The translations under genes and the position numbers were made by a program. The notes under the pieces are model-generated. The model saw nothing but the letters and a program-made list of their open reading frames with translations. It did not search any database and was not told where the DNA came from. Shown here piece after piece: positions 38,105 through 47,670 of a DNA stretch of 64,000 nt (the stretch's first letter is position 1; the number at the start of each line of letters is the position of its first letter). Origin of the DNA: Candidatus Poribacteria bacterium (GTDB lineage: Bacteria > Poribacteria > WGA-4E > GCA-2687025); contig OY762492.1 in NCBI GenBank assembly GCA_963665845.2, positions 2,528,001 to 2,592,000 of the forward strand, given 5' to 3'.

Positions 38105-39115
38105 ATGAGCTATTTGACAGACGAACGGGTCGCCATTTTAGGAGCCGCCGGCGCGATCGGTTCCAATCTGGCGCAGGCGGTGTTGGCGGCGGGCGTATCC
38201 AGCCGAGTCGTCATGTTCGACCCGTTTGAGTCAGGTTTGCATGGCGCCGCCGAGGAGATGAACCATTGCGGTTTTCCTGGGGCTGAAGTCTCCTGGACGA
38301 TCGATCTGGGCGAGGCTCTGGAGAGCGCCTCCTATGTGATCACATCGGGCGGGGCGCCGCGCAAAGAAGGCATGACGCGCGAAGACCTGCGCAGAGACAA
38401 CTGCGCCATTGCGAAGGAGCTGGGCGAAACGATACGCAAACGCGCCCCGCATCTGAAATTCCTGATTGTCATCTTCAACCCGGCGGACATCACCGGCTTG
38501 ACGGCTCTTGTGCATTCGGGCTTGGACCCGAAGCGGGTGTCCACGCTGGCGGCGCTCGATTCGACGCGCCTTCAGACCGCCCTCGCGCAGCGGTTCGGCG
38601 TCCGCCAGGACCTGGTGACCGGCTGCCGAACGTACGGCGGACACGGCGAAAAGATGGCGGTCTTCAAAGACGGCATCCGCATCGACGGCAAGCCCTTGAC
38701 AAGCTACTTGAGCGAGGGGTGGCTGTCGCAGGCGGATTGGGAGGAGATACAGACACATGTGCGCGGCGGCGGCGCGCGGGTCATTCAGCTGCGCGGGCGC
38801 AGTTCGTTTCAATCGCCCTCCCATTTGAGCGTTCAGATGCTGCGGTCGGTTCTCGGCGGGGGCGAGTTTCCATGGCCGAGCGGCGCCTACATCCGCGCGG
38901 AGGGAGACGCCTCCGAATGGGGCGGCGTCATGATGGCGGCGGACACGACGCTCGGCGCGGACGGCGTTACGGCGCGCCTGCCGGACGGATCGGAGGAGGA
39001 CATGGCGGCGTTGAAGGAGTCGCATGCGCATCTGGCGGCGCTGCGCGATCAGACCATTGCGGACGGGCTGCTTCCTCCCCTGAACGAATGGAAGCGGATC
39101 AATCCGCATTTGTGA
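38105..39115 (+). CDS. mdh: Malate dehydrogenase (LDH/MDH family)
   Basis: GAAGAIG, GAPRKEGMTREDL, NPAD, LDSTRL, GGHGE. Confidence 0.9.
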   Translation: MSYLTDERVAILGAAGAIGSNLAQAVLAAGVSSRVVMFDPFESGLHGAAEEMNHCGFPGAEVSWTIDLGEALESASYVITSGGAPRKEGMTREDLRRDNCAIAKELGETIRKRAPHLKFLIVIFNPADITGLTALVHSGLDPKRVSTLAALDSTRLQTALAQRFGVRQDLVTGCRTYGGHGEKMAVFKDGIRIDGKPLTSYLSEGWLSQADWEEIQTHVRGGGARVIQLRGRSSFQSPSHLSVQMLRSVLGGGEFPWPSGAYIRAEGDASEWGGVMMAADTTLGADGVTARLPDGSEEDMAALKESHAHLAALRDQTIADGLLPPLNEWKRINPHL

Positions 39116-39159
39116 TGAAGCGGGGTCGGCGGAGATGAAGCGGAAATCTTAGAGTACCC

Positions 39160-39990
39160 TTGCCGTCCAAACGAGAGGATAGCGTTATGTCGTCGGATTT
39201 GTTGATATGGGTCATCGGTTTAGACCATACGCAGACCGATCTGAAAAAGGCGCAGAACGCGCTGGCTGAAGCGGCTCCTGAAGAGTGGGCGGAGTATCAG
39301 CGGTCGCGCGCGTTGTATGAGGCGGCGCGGAAGCTTGTGGTGCGCAATTCGGCGATGAAGGAGGCGGAGGCGGAGCTGAAAATGGCCGCCGCCTTCCAAT
39401 GGAAGACGTACCGAAAAGCGCAGGACGCATTCAGCAAGGCGGTTGATGCGCATATCAAGTCCAAAAACGCTGTCAAGCGGGAAGCGCCGGACCAATACGC
39501 GGCGATCAAGGCGCTGTTCAAAGACGGCTCGCTTTTTGAAGGCGGGCTTGAACAACGTTACAACGAAGCGCGCGAGGCGCTGCAAGCGGCCGTTTCTCCC
39601 GATAAATGGGAACGGTACGAACACACTTCCAATGAGATGATCAATAAAGGCGAGGATCTGGTCAAAGCGGAAGAGGCGCTGCGCAACAACGCCCCCATGG
39701 AAATAGAAGTGTACCATGAGGCGGTGGAGGCGGTCGTTGACGCGCGCCGATTTCGACGCGCGCCGACCGAATGGGCGTTGTTCTACGCGGCGGAGGAGGC
39801 GCTCATCTTGGCGGCGCCGGAGGAATGGAGCGCCTATGAACACGCGCTGGATGAAGAGGAGCTGGACGCGGCGCAGTACGCGCTCTCAAAAGCGGCGCCG
39901 GACGAATGGACGGCGTACCAAACCGCGGAGGAGACGCTGGGCGAGGCGATGGGGCGGAAACGTCAACGCATACAGTATATGGACATTTAA
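39160..39990 (+). CDS. Hypothetical alpha-helical repeat protein
   Basis: Recurrent AAPEEW..Y units; start may be ATG 39187. Confidence 0.7.
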   Translation: MPSKREDSVMSSDLLIWVIGLDHTQTDLKKAQNALAEAAPEEWAEYQRSRALYEAARKLVVRNSAMKEAEAELKMAAAFQWKTYRKAQDAFSKAVDAHIKSKNAVKREAPDQYAAIKALFKDGSLFEGGLEQRYNEAREALQAAVSPDKWERYEHTSNEMINKGEDLVKAEEALRNNAPMEIEVYHEAVEAVVDARRFRRAPTEWALFYAAEEALILAAPEEWSAYEHALDEEELDAAQYALSKAAPDEWTAYQTAEETLGEAMGRKRQRIQYMDI

Positions 39991-40034
39991 ACGGAACAAA
40001 TCGCTTGTCAACACACCGAAAAGGATAAAGCCGT

Positions 40035-41039
40035 ATGGCAGATACGATACGAGTCGGGTTCATCGGAACGGGCGGCAACGCGCGCGGACACATCAGCCGC
40101 CTCGCAGGGATGAAGGGCGTTCAGGTTGCCGCGTTTGCCGACCCAAGCGGCGGCGCGCTCAAAGCGGCGCAGGAGCGCGTCAAAACGAAGGTCCCCGTCT
40201 TCAGCGACTACGTCGAAATGCTTGACAACACCGAGATGGACGCCGCTGTCATCTCCACGCCGCACACGCTGCATTTTGAGCAGGTCATGGCATGCCTCGA
40301 CCGCGGGCTGCATGTGCAGGTGGAGAAGCCGATGACCTGCACAAGCGCCCACGCGCGGGAAGTCATCCGCAAGCAGAAGGAGACCGGCAAGACGCTGCTG
40401 ATCGGATACCAGCGGCATTACGATCGGCGGTTCCGCTGGGCGCGTCAACAGATCGCCGAGGGCGCCATCGGGCGCGTCACGCTGACGCATGTCTATCAAG
40501 GGCAGAACTGGCTGCGCAATCAGCAGGGAAGATGGCGGCTTGACCCCGCCCTAAGCGGCGGCGGACAGCTGAACGATTCGGGCAGCCATGTGGTCGACAT
40601 ACTGCTCTGGATGACCGACCTGGAGGCGGAGGAGGCGTTTGCGTATGTTGACAATCGAGGGGCTGAAGTGGATGTCAACAGCGCCGTAACGGTGCGCTTC
40701 ACGAACGGCGCCGTCGGCACGATCACCATCGTCGGCGACGAGGTCGCGGGCGGCATGTGGGAAGACATCACCATCGCCGGCGACAAGGGGATCATCTGGA
40801 TACGGCAGGGCGGGCAGCTGTTCTTTGCGAACGAGTCGCGGCGCCGTCCGACCGAGGTGACCGATTTCAGCGGGATCGAATCGTTCCCCGGCAGCAAAGA
40901 CGGCAACTTCATCGACGCGATACGCGGCGAGGCGGAGAATCAGGTCCCGGCAATCTGCGGCTTGCGCGTCATTGAGTTGACGGAGGCGGTCTGGCGCTCG
41001 GCGGCGTCCGGTCTGCCGCAGAAAGTGGAGAAGTCTTAA
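40035..41039 (+). CDS. Gfo/Idh/MocA oxidoreductase
   Basis: GFIGTG, TPHTLH, EKP, GGGQLNDSGSH. Confidence 0.92.
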   Translation: MADTIRVGFIGTGGNARGHISRLAGMKGVQVAAFADPSGGALKAAQERVKTKVPVFSDYVEMLDNTEMDAAVISTPHTLHFEQVMACLDRGLHVQVEKPMTCTSAHAREVIRKQKETGKTLLIGYQRHYDRRFRWARQQIAEGAIGRVTLTHVYQGQNWLRNQQGRWRLDPALSGGGQLNDSGSHVVDILLWMTDLEAEEAFAYVDNRGAEVDVNSAVTVRFTNGAVGTITIVGDEVAGGMWEDITIAGDKGIIWIRQGGQLFFANESRRRPTEVTDFSGIESFPGSKDGNFIDAIRGEAENQVPAICGLRVIELTEAVWRSAASGLPQKVEKS

Positions 41040-41041
41040 AG

Positions 41042-41710
41042 GTGAAAAAGAAAGAGTCGCCGGGCGACCTGCTTCGCCGGCGCATTGCGCGCCTGGGGGT
41101 CGGCTCGTTGACGGTGGAGGAGCTGTTCGGGCTGACGCTGGGCGGGTCGGAGAAGAACATGGACGCGGCGCGGCTGCTGCTGCGCCGTTTTGACGGAAAC
41201 CTGGCGCGGATGGCGGGCGAGTCGTCCCAGACGCTCGCGCTCACCCCTGGGATGAGTCTACGGGACGGCTGCCATGCGGCGGCGGCTCTTGAGCTGGCGC
41301 GCCGCTGGGCGGCTTTTTTGCCGAGTCAGAAGATGAAGTTTCAGGGGCCGGAGCATGTCGCCAACTTTTTGCGCCCGTCGCTGCGAGGCGCGCAGCAGGA
41401 AATGCTGTGGGCGATGTGCCTCGACACCAAGAATGTGATCACGCACTGGAAGATGCTGACCGTCGGGACGCTGAACGCGAGCCTGATTCATCCGCGCGAG
41501 GTGTACCGCTACGCGATTGAAAACGCCTCGGCGGGAGTCATCCTGGCGCACAACCACCCCTCCGGCGACCCGACGCCCAGCCCCGAAGACATCAACGTGA
41601 CGAAGCGCATCGCGCAGGCGGGCAAACTGCTGGACATCCCGCTGCTTGACCATGTGATTGTGGCGGACAACAGCTTCCGCAGCTTGAAGGAGGACGGACA
41701 TCTGCGCTAA
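41042..41710 (+). CDS. radC: RadC/JAB-domain protein
   Basis: GTLNASLIHPREV, AHNHPSGDPTPSPED, LLDHVI. Confidence 0.92.
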   Translation: MKKKESPGDLLRRRIARLGVGSLTVEELFGLTLGGSEKNMDAARLLLRRFDGNLARMAGESSQTLALTPGMSLRDGCHAAAALELARRWAAFLPSQKMKFQGPEHVANFLRPSLRGAQQEMLWAMCLDTKNVITHWKMLTVGTLNASLIHPREVYRYAIENASAGVILAHNHPSGDPTPSPEDINVTKRIAQAGKLLDIPLLDHVIVADNSFRSLKEDGHLR

Positions 41711-41821
41711 AAGCGGGCGCCGCAGCAAGCTGATTGGGGCGGCGCTGACGAAGGCGCGCGGAGGTCGCTGTTTGGAGAGGGCGGGTTTCGGTCGCGCAAG
41801 CGGTATCGGTAAAGAATGCGT

Positions 41822-41935
41822 ATGAAGCGTCCAAAGATCGTCACCATCGGCGTTTACGGTTTTGATGAGGCTGGTTTTTTTGAGGCGCTGCGCTCCGCGG
41901 AGGTGGATGTTTCTGCGACATTCGCGCTAGGCGCG
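41822..41935 (+). pseudogene. DUF488-like gene remnant
   Basis: MKRPKIVTIGVYG..F...L....VDV then a one-base shift gives FCDIRARR; similarity is lost afterwards. Confidence 0.5.
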
Positions 41936-42047
41936 ACTGCTGCCGCGGTCGTGACGGTTTTCATACCCGTTATCCGTTTCTTGCTCAGCTTGGGGTCTTA
42001 TGCTCTGGGGCATTGATGCCCCGTATGCGAATGTCGAAGGATCGGTT

Positions 42048-42641
42048 TCACGGGGTCGGGTCATTGTATTGCTTGATCTTGCAGATTTCTGTTGTCTCTA
42101 TGGAGGGGCCGCAGAGTACCAACGTAGGTTCTCCTTCTTCGAATATTATCCGCAGACTGACCTCCTCTCCTCTTATCGGCCCGAGAATGAGACGGCTCGT
42201 TTTCACAGCTTCTGCATTGAGTCTTCTATGTACGGTGGCTTTTGACGCTGTGATTTCGAATGCTGTGATTACGCCTTGTGCTTGTCCTCCACCGCCATGA
42301 ACACTATGCAACTCGAACGCGCAAATCTTTTCTGCGCGAACTTCCTTTGCTTCCAAGATTGTCTCAGCAATCTTAGCCTGTTTTTTCTGCGCCTTCTTCC
42401 CAGCCTTGTTCTGTTTCACGGCGTCACGTTTTCTCCGACGCCTTTCTGTGTAGCTCATCCAGGCGTTTTTGCCCCAGTCTCTCCAGTGCAAGATACCGTA
42501 GTGTACCGAAAGCATTGCGAACTGTGATGTCAGCACCCAGAACACGGGTGCGTCGAGTTTTCCGGCCTCGGCGTCTGATGTCAACGCGAGAATCAAAATT
42601 AACGCAACCATCAACGCGAAGATTGGTATGAGTTTCTTCAT
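42048..42641 (-). CDS. Hypothetical protein with signal peptide/TM segments
   Basis: GAAAGGAG RBS, MKKLIPIFALMVALILILAL..AEA; lower GC. Confidence 0.65.
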   Translation of the reverse strand: MKKLIPIFALMVALILILALTSDAEAGKLDAPVFWVLTSQFAMLSVHYGILHWRDWGKNAWMSYTERRRRKRDAVKQNKAGKKAQKKQAKIAETILEAKEVRAEKICAFELHSVHGGGGQAQGVITAFEITASKATVHRRLNAEAVKTSRLILGPIRGEEVSLRIIFEEGEPTLVLCGPSIETTEICKIKQYNDPTP

Positions 42642-42691
42642 CGTTGCTCCTTTCTAAGAGCGTCTTGCATAAAAGCGCGCCGAAGCCCGCC

Positions 42692-43186
42692 CTACCTGAA
42701 AAGTCCCCTGAACAACCTTCTGAATATGGCTGCCCATGTCTTAGTGGGTCTGCTTCGAGGACGGGGGCGGTCGGAGGCTGGCTGCAGTCCGTACTGTTCT
42801 AACTGTTCCTGCAAATCTTTTTCAGAGAGCCGATGTCTCTTGGCGTGAACATATCGCCACACGATTTGATCCCAGAAGACTTCTTTCGTCATATGGGCGA
42901 CGTTGATGCTATCTGGATGGTTGGCGCAGGCGGCTTCTACCAGAGCGAAGTGGGCTTTCCAACAAACCCCAATGGCGTCCTCGTAATCGCGTAGCCAAGG
43001 ATATTGGCCGAACACGACTTCATCGAACACCTCCAGCTCTTCCGGCGCAGCCATTTCCAACCGCAATCTGGTGACTCGTTCATCTCTCTGTTCCAGCATT
43101 TGCGTACCTAGTTGGCGAAGCCTCTCTATCCTCCTCCATAAAGCAGCCTCATCTTGCCCGCTAAATGCGGCTTCTTGTTTCTTCAT
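42692..43186 (-). CDS. Hypothetical protein
   Basis: GAAAGGAG RBS before ATG 43186; lower GC. Confidence 0.6.
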   Translation of the reverse strand: MKKQEAAFSGQDEAALWRRIERLRQLGTQMLEQRDERVTRLRLEMAAPEELEVFDEVVFGQYPWLRDYEDAIGVCWKAHFALVEAACANHPDSINVAHMTKEVFWDQIVWRYVHAKRHRLSEKDLQEQLEQYGLQPASDRPRPRSRPTKTWAAIFRRLFRGLFR

Positions 43187-43452
43187 TGTTGCTCCTTTCA
43201 CAGAGTTTCGACTGGCGTTGCTACGCCGAGTTTCTTGATGATGGCGTCCGGCGCGTCCGTCAGTTCTCAGATATTGTTCGGTCTCGGCAGACCGTTCTTC
43301 GTTGCATTCGAAATTGGACTCCAGCCCCTGATGATTCTGAATCGCCTTCAGGCATCCCAGATGCGGATTGCGAAGATACTCTGTCTACTTTCTCCAATGA
43401 CCAAATGGATTATGGCGCAAACGGGGGGGTTGGTCAAGGCAAATGCGAAGTC

Positions 43453-43671
43453 GGCTGTCTCTACAGGCGATGACTTGACTTTAGAAGTCCGTTTTGGAAT
43501 GCGGAGCCTGTCTGGAAAAAGCTCTGGATTCCCGCTTACGCGGGAATGACAGCCGCCCGACGACAGCGGTAAGGCGTGGGTTTCTAGACTCCCCTTGAAA
43601 AGGGGAGGCTGGGGGGTTTTCGCTGCGCCCTCAAACAGGATTTTCGTACATCATCGCCTATAGAGACTGCC
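43453..43671. mobile_element. MITE-like element family B
   Basis: TIRs ggctgtctctacaggcgatga / tcatcgcctatagagactgcc. Confidence 0.75.
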
Positions 43672-43756
43672 GGACGAGCCGCCCAGTTTGAACTTCATCG
43701 GCAAATGCGCTATCATACCTCTTTAACAAAGCATGATGGACGGAGCGGAAAGCGTT

Positions 43757-44023
43757 TTGCCAAAATACATCTCGGCGCATGTGATCGCATGCATGCCGCA
43801 TCAACGGCTTCAAAAACTGCTGCGCGAAATACAGGCGGAAAAGGGCGATGTCCGCAACCTAAAAGCGTACTGCGACACGCTCCAAGGGCGCATGGTGTGC
43901 GAGTTTGAAGCGCCGGACGGCGCCGTTCTCGCCGAGTGGCTCAAGGCGCGCAAAATCGCGTACCAGTGGATCTTCCGCATCGAATTTTTTGCCGAAAACG
44001 GCGAGGTGGAACGGTATGCGTAA
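43757..44023 (+). CDS. Small DUF4242-like protein
   Basis: PKY...H, GRMVCEFEAPD pattern; TTG start inferred. Confidence 0.5.
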   Translation: MPKYISAHVIACMPHQRLQKLLREIQAEKGDVRNLKAYCDTLQGRMVCEFEAPDGAVLAEWLKARKIAYQWIFRIEFFAENGEVERYA

Positions 44024-44155
44024 ATGGCGGCTCTTGGCGGCTCTCTGGATCGCGGCGCTTGCGGCTGTCCTGCTGTTCGACTGGGGCGCGCGGCAGGTCT
44101 CGCTCATTTCGTTTGACGAGTCGACTTCCCCCTCCGCGGAGGCGGTTGAATAGCG

Positions 44156-44854
44156 ATGCGGCAGTTGGCGGCGGCGGTCGCGCCGTCTGCGGGCAAAGGC
44201 TCGCGCATGGGCGCGTCCGTCAAAAAAACCTACATCGAAATCATGGGGCGCCCGCTTGCCGCGCACACGCTGGAAGCGTTAGCCGCCTCTCCCCTGCTTG
44301 GCGAGATCGTCTGGGTCGCCGCCGAGGAGGATGCGGAACGCTGCAGCGCCCTGCTGGATGAATGGGGTTTTGACGGCAGATTCAAGGTTGCCGCCGGCGG
44401 CGCCTCCCGTCAAGAGTCGGTGTACCGCGGCTTGCTGGCGCTGACAAGCGAAGCGCCGTATGTGTTGATTCATGACGGAGCGCGCCCGTGCGTCTCGGCG
44501 GAGACGATCCAGCGCGTTCTTGAGGCGGCGGCTGAACATGGCGCGGCGCTCGCGGCGGTTCCCGTCAAAGACGCGCTCTGGAGCGCCGACGCGGACGGGC
44601 GTATCGGCGCTTCCGTCGCGCGCGAAGGGCTGTGGCGCGCGCAGACGCCGCAAGCGTTCCAGCGCGATCTGATTCTCAAAGCGCATGAAGCGGCGCGGCG
44701 GGACGGCTTTGAGGCGTCCGACGACGCGGCGCTCGCCCTGCGCGTCGGCGTTCCGCCCAAGATCGTCCTCGGCGATGAGCGGAACGTCAAAGCGACGGCG
44801 CCGGACGACCTGGCGCTGATTGAGCGCATTTTGTCGGCGCGGAAAGGCGGTTGA
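44156..44854 (+). CDS. ispD: 2-C-methyl-D-erythritol 4-phosphate cytidylyltransferase
   Basis: AGKGSRMG, GGASRQESV, IHDGARP, QTPQAF. Confidence 0.95.
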   Translation: MRQLAAAVAPSAGKGSRMGASVKKTYIEIMGRPLAAHTLEALAASPLLGEIVWVAAEEDAERCSALLDEWGFDGRFKVAAGGASRQESVYRGLLALTSEAPYVLIHDGARPCVSAETIQRVLEAAAEHGAALAAVPVKDALWSADADGRIGASVAREGLWRAQTPQAFQRDLILKAHEAARRDGFEASDDAALALRVGVPPKIVLGDERNVKATAPDDLALIERILSARKGG

Positions 44855-44856
44855 AA

Positions 44857-45408
44857 ATGGACATCCGCGTCGGCGTCGGCTGGGACATTCACCGCTTGGA
44901 GCGCGGGCTGCCGCTTGTTCTGGGCGGGGTGACGATTCCGCACACGCATGGGCTGCGCGGACATTCAGACGCGGACGCGCTGACGCATGCGGCGGTGGAC
45001 GCGCTGCTGGGGGCGGCGTCGCTGGGCGACATCGGGACGCTTTTTCCAGACACCGACCCCGCATACGAAGGCGCGGACAGCCTTGAGCTGCTGAAAGAAG
45101 CGGCGCGGCGCGTCCGCAAGCGGTTTGCGATCCTGCATATCGACTCGACGGTGAAGGCGCAGAAGCCGATTCTCCGTCCGTATATACCCGAAATGCGAAA
45201 GCGAATGGCGGAAGCGGCAGGCATCGAAATCGAACGCATGAGCGTCAAAGCGAAGACAGGCGAACGGGTCGGGCCGGTCGGGCGGGGCGAGGCGATTGAG
45301 GCGGAAGCGGCGGCGACGTTGCGCCTGATAGAAAACGCGCCGCCAGCATCCAACGACAGCCCGCCCCCTGCGTCATTCCCGCATCCTCCTCCTGTCATTC
45401 CCGCGTAA
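44857..45408 (+). CDS. ispF: 2-C-methyl-D-erythritol 2,4-cyclodiphosphate synthase
   Basis: G.G.DIH, GHSDAD, GDIG..FPD, VKAKT.E. Confidence 0.95.
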   Translation: MDIRVGVGWDIHRLERGLPLVLGGVTIPHTHGLRGHSDADALTHAAVDALLGAASLGDIGTLFPDTDPAYEGADSLELLKEAARRVRKRFAILHIDSTVKAQKPILRPYIPEMRKRMAEAAGIEIERMSVKAKTGERVGPVGRGEAIEAEAAATLRLIENAPPASNDSPPPASFPHPPPVIPA

Positions 45409-45626
45409 GCGGGAATCTTAAAACTTAGAAAGGAGACCAGCGAACATGGGCATTCGGCTTTACAACACAATAACGCGCAGCCTTATACGTCATTTTCGCA
45501 TCCTCCTCGTTCCCCGCTTCCGCGAGGACATGCATTCCCGTATCCTCCTCCTGTCATTCCCGCGTAAGCGGGAATCTTAAACTTAGAAAGGAGACCAGCG
45601 AACATGGGCATTCGGCTTTACAACAC
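45383..45626. repeat. Direct duplication of palindrome + cysS RBS + first codons
   Basis: 45383-45468 matches 45542-45626. Confidence 0.9.
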
Positions 45627-47226
45627 CATGACGCGGCGCGTGGAACCGTTTGAGCCGCTAAAAGAAGGGGAGGTCTCCATCTACTGCTGCGGTCCGACCG
45701 TGTACGATCTGATTGGCATTCACAACGCGCGCACGTTCGTATCGTTCGATCTGGCGCGGCGGTATCTGGAATACCGCGGCTATCGTGTTTCGTATGTGCA
45801 GAACATCACCGACATTGACGACAAGATCATCGCGCGGGCGAATGAACGCGGCGCCGATCCGCTGGAATGGGCGGGAAAATATGCGCAGGCGTATCAGGAC
45901 GATATGAACGCGCTGGGCGTCAAACCGCCGAACGAGCAGCCCCGCGCGATGGAAACGCTGGAGGAAATGATCGACATGATCAAGGCGCTGGAGAAGATGG
46001 GCGCGGCGTATGCAACCTCGTCGGGCGTCTATTTTTCGATTGCGTCATTTGAGCGGTACGGCTGCCTGTCGCGGCGCAACCTGGACGAACTGCGGACAGG
46101 CGCGCGGGTCGATGTGGACGAAGAAAAACGCGATCCGCGCGACTTCGCCCTATGGAAACGCGCCAAACCAGGCGAACCGGAATGGGACAGCCCATGGGGA
46201 AAGGGGCGCCCTGGATGGCATATCGAATGCTCGGCGATGGCGCGCAAACATCTCGGCAACACGGTCGACATCCATGCCGCCGGCGAAGACCTGATCTTCC
46301 CGCACCATGAAAACGAAATCGCCCAAAGCGAAAAAGCGAACGGAGAGCCGCTCGCCCGCTACTGGATGCACGGAGCGCTCATGCGCGTCGGCGGACAGCG
46401 CATGGGCAAGTCGCTCGGCAACTTCATTCCCGCCAGGGAGGCGCTGGAGCGGTATCCCGTCGCGGCGCTGCGCCTGTTTTACGCCTCGACGCACTACCGC
46501 AAGCCGCTCGATTTCACCGAAGAGGCGATTGAGCGGCAGATCGCGCCGATGCGCCGGCTGAACCGATGCATCGACGCGCTGGAGGCGGCGGCCGAGGCGG
46601 CGCCGTCAAACGGACCGACCCGCTCCGAAGCGGCGGACGCCTTCCATGCGGCGCTGCGCAAAACCGAGGCGGCGTTCATCGAGACGGTGGACGAGGACTT
46701 CAACTTCCCCGGCGGCTTGGGCGTTCTGTTTGAATTTGCGCGGACGGCGAACCGCTTTCTGGCGGAGGGCGGCGCCGATGAGCCGGGCGCGCTGCAGGTT
46801 CTGGACGACGCGCAGCGGTGGATGAACGGGGCGGCGGGCGGACTGCTCGGCGTCAGGGAAAGCGGCGCAAAGGATACGGGCGAAACGGACGCGCGGCTCA
46901 AAAACGCGCTCCAAGCGGCGCTGAACTGGCGCGCGAAAGCGAGAGAACAACGCGACTGGTCAACCGCGGACGCGATACGCGACGGCTTAGCGGAACGCGG
47001 CGTGTCGGTGACCGACGCCAAAGAGGGCGCGTCCTGGGAGCTGTTGGAAGGCGCGGACGCCAACGCCGCCGCCGAACGCGCCGTTCAGCTGCTGGCGGAG
47101 CTGCGCGCCGACGCGCGGGCGCGAAAAGATTGGGCGGCGGCTGACGCGATACGCGGCGCGCTTTCAAAGGCGGGCGTTTCATTGACCGACAAGCCCGCCG
47201 GCGGGACGGAATGGAGCTGGGAATAG
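45604..47226 (+). CDS. cysS: Cysteine--tRNA ligase
   Basis: [41 protein letters not shown]; follows ispDF. Confidence 0.95.
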   Translation: MGIRLYNTMTRRVEPFEPLKEGEVSIYCCGPTVYDLIGIHNARTFVSFDLARRYLEYRGYRVSYVQNITDIDDKIIARANERGADPLEWAGKYAQAYQDDMNALGVKPPNEQPRAMETLEEMIDMIKALEKMGAAYATSSGVYFSIASFERYGCLSRRNLDELRTGARVDVDEEKRDPRDFALWKRAKPGEPEWDSPWGKGRPGWHIECSAMARKHLGNTVDIHAAGEDLIFPHHENEIAQSEKANGEPLARYWMHGALMRVGGQRMGKSLGNFIPAREALERYPVAALRLFYASTHYRKPLDFTEEAIERQIAPMRRLNRCIDALEAAAEAAPSNGPTRSEAADAFHAALRKTEAAFIETVDEDFNFPGGLGVLFEFARTANRFLAEGGADEPGALQVLDDAQRWMNGAAGGLLGVRESGAKDTGETDARLKNALQAALNWRAKAREQRDWSTADAIRDGLAERGVSVTDAKEGASWELLEGADANAAAERAVQLLAELRADARARKDWAAADAIRGALSKAGVSLTDKPAGGTEWSWE

Positions 47227-47274
47227 CGCGGCGGGTCATTCGTTATTTGACCGTAAAATGTCCGCGCCGGGCGT

Positions 47275-47441
47275 CGTCATTCCCGCGCAAGCGGGAATCC
47301 AGAGTCCAACAGACGGCGTTCACAGCCGCATGCCGACACGTCCCAACGAAACCTTTAAATCGTCATTCCCGCGCAAGCGGGAATCCAGAGTCCAGCAGAC
47401 GGCGTTCACAGCCGCATGCCGACACGTCCCAACGAAACCTT
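47275..47441. repeat. 86-bp tandem repeat containing the ATTCCC-N8-GGGAAT palindrome
   Basis: 47275-47355 matches 47361-47441. Confidence 0.9.
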
Positions 47442-47670
47442 AAAGTAAGAGCTAAAGAATCTTTTGAACGGACACGGACGGAGCGGCGAAGGCTCCGCAA
47501 AAGCGCTGAAACGCGCGCCAACGCCATGAAAACGCCGAGAAAGGAGCGGACGACGGAAGCAGGCGTAAAGCCTGGACAAGGGTACCAACTTCCTTGTCTA
47601 TGGGGCGGTAACCATCGTCCATCGCCTCGGCGTTGTTATATCATGCAGTACAGAACGCCCCGATATCCAA

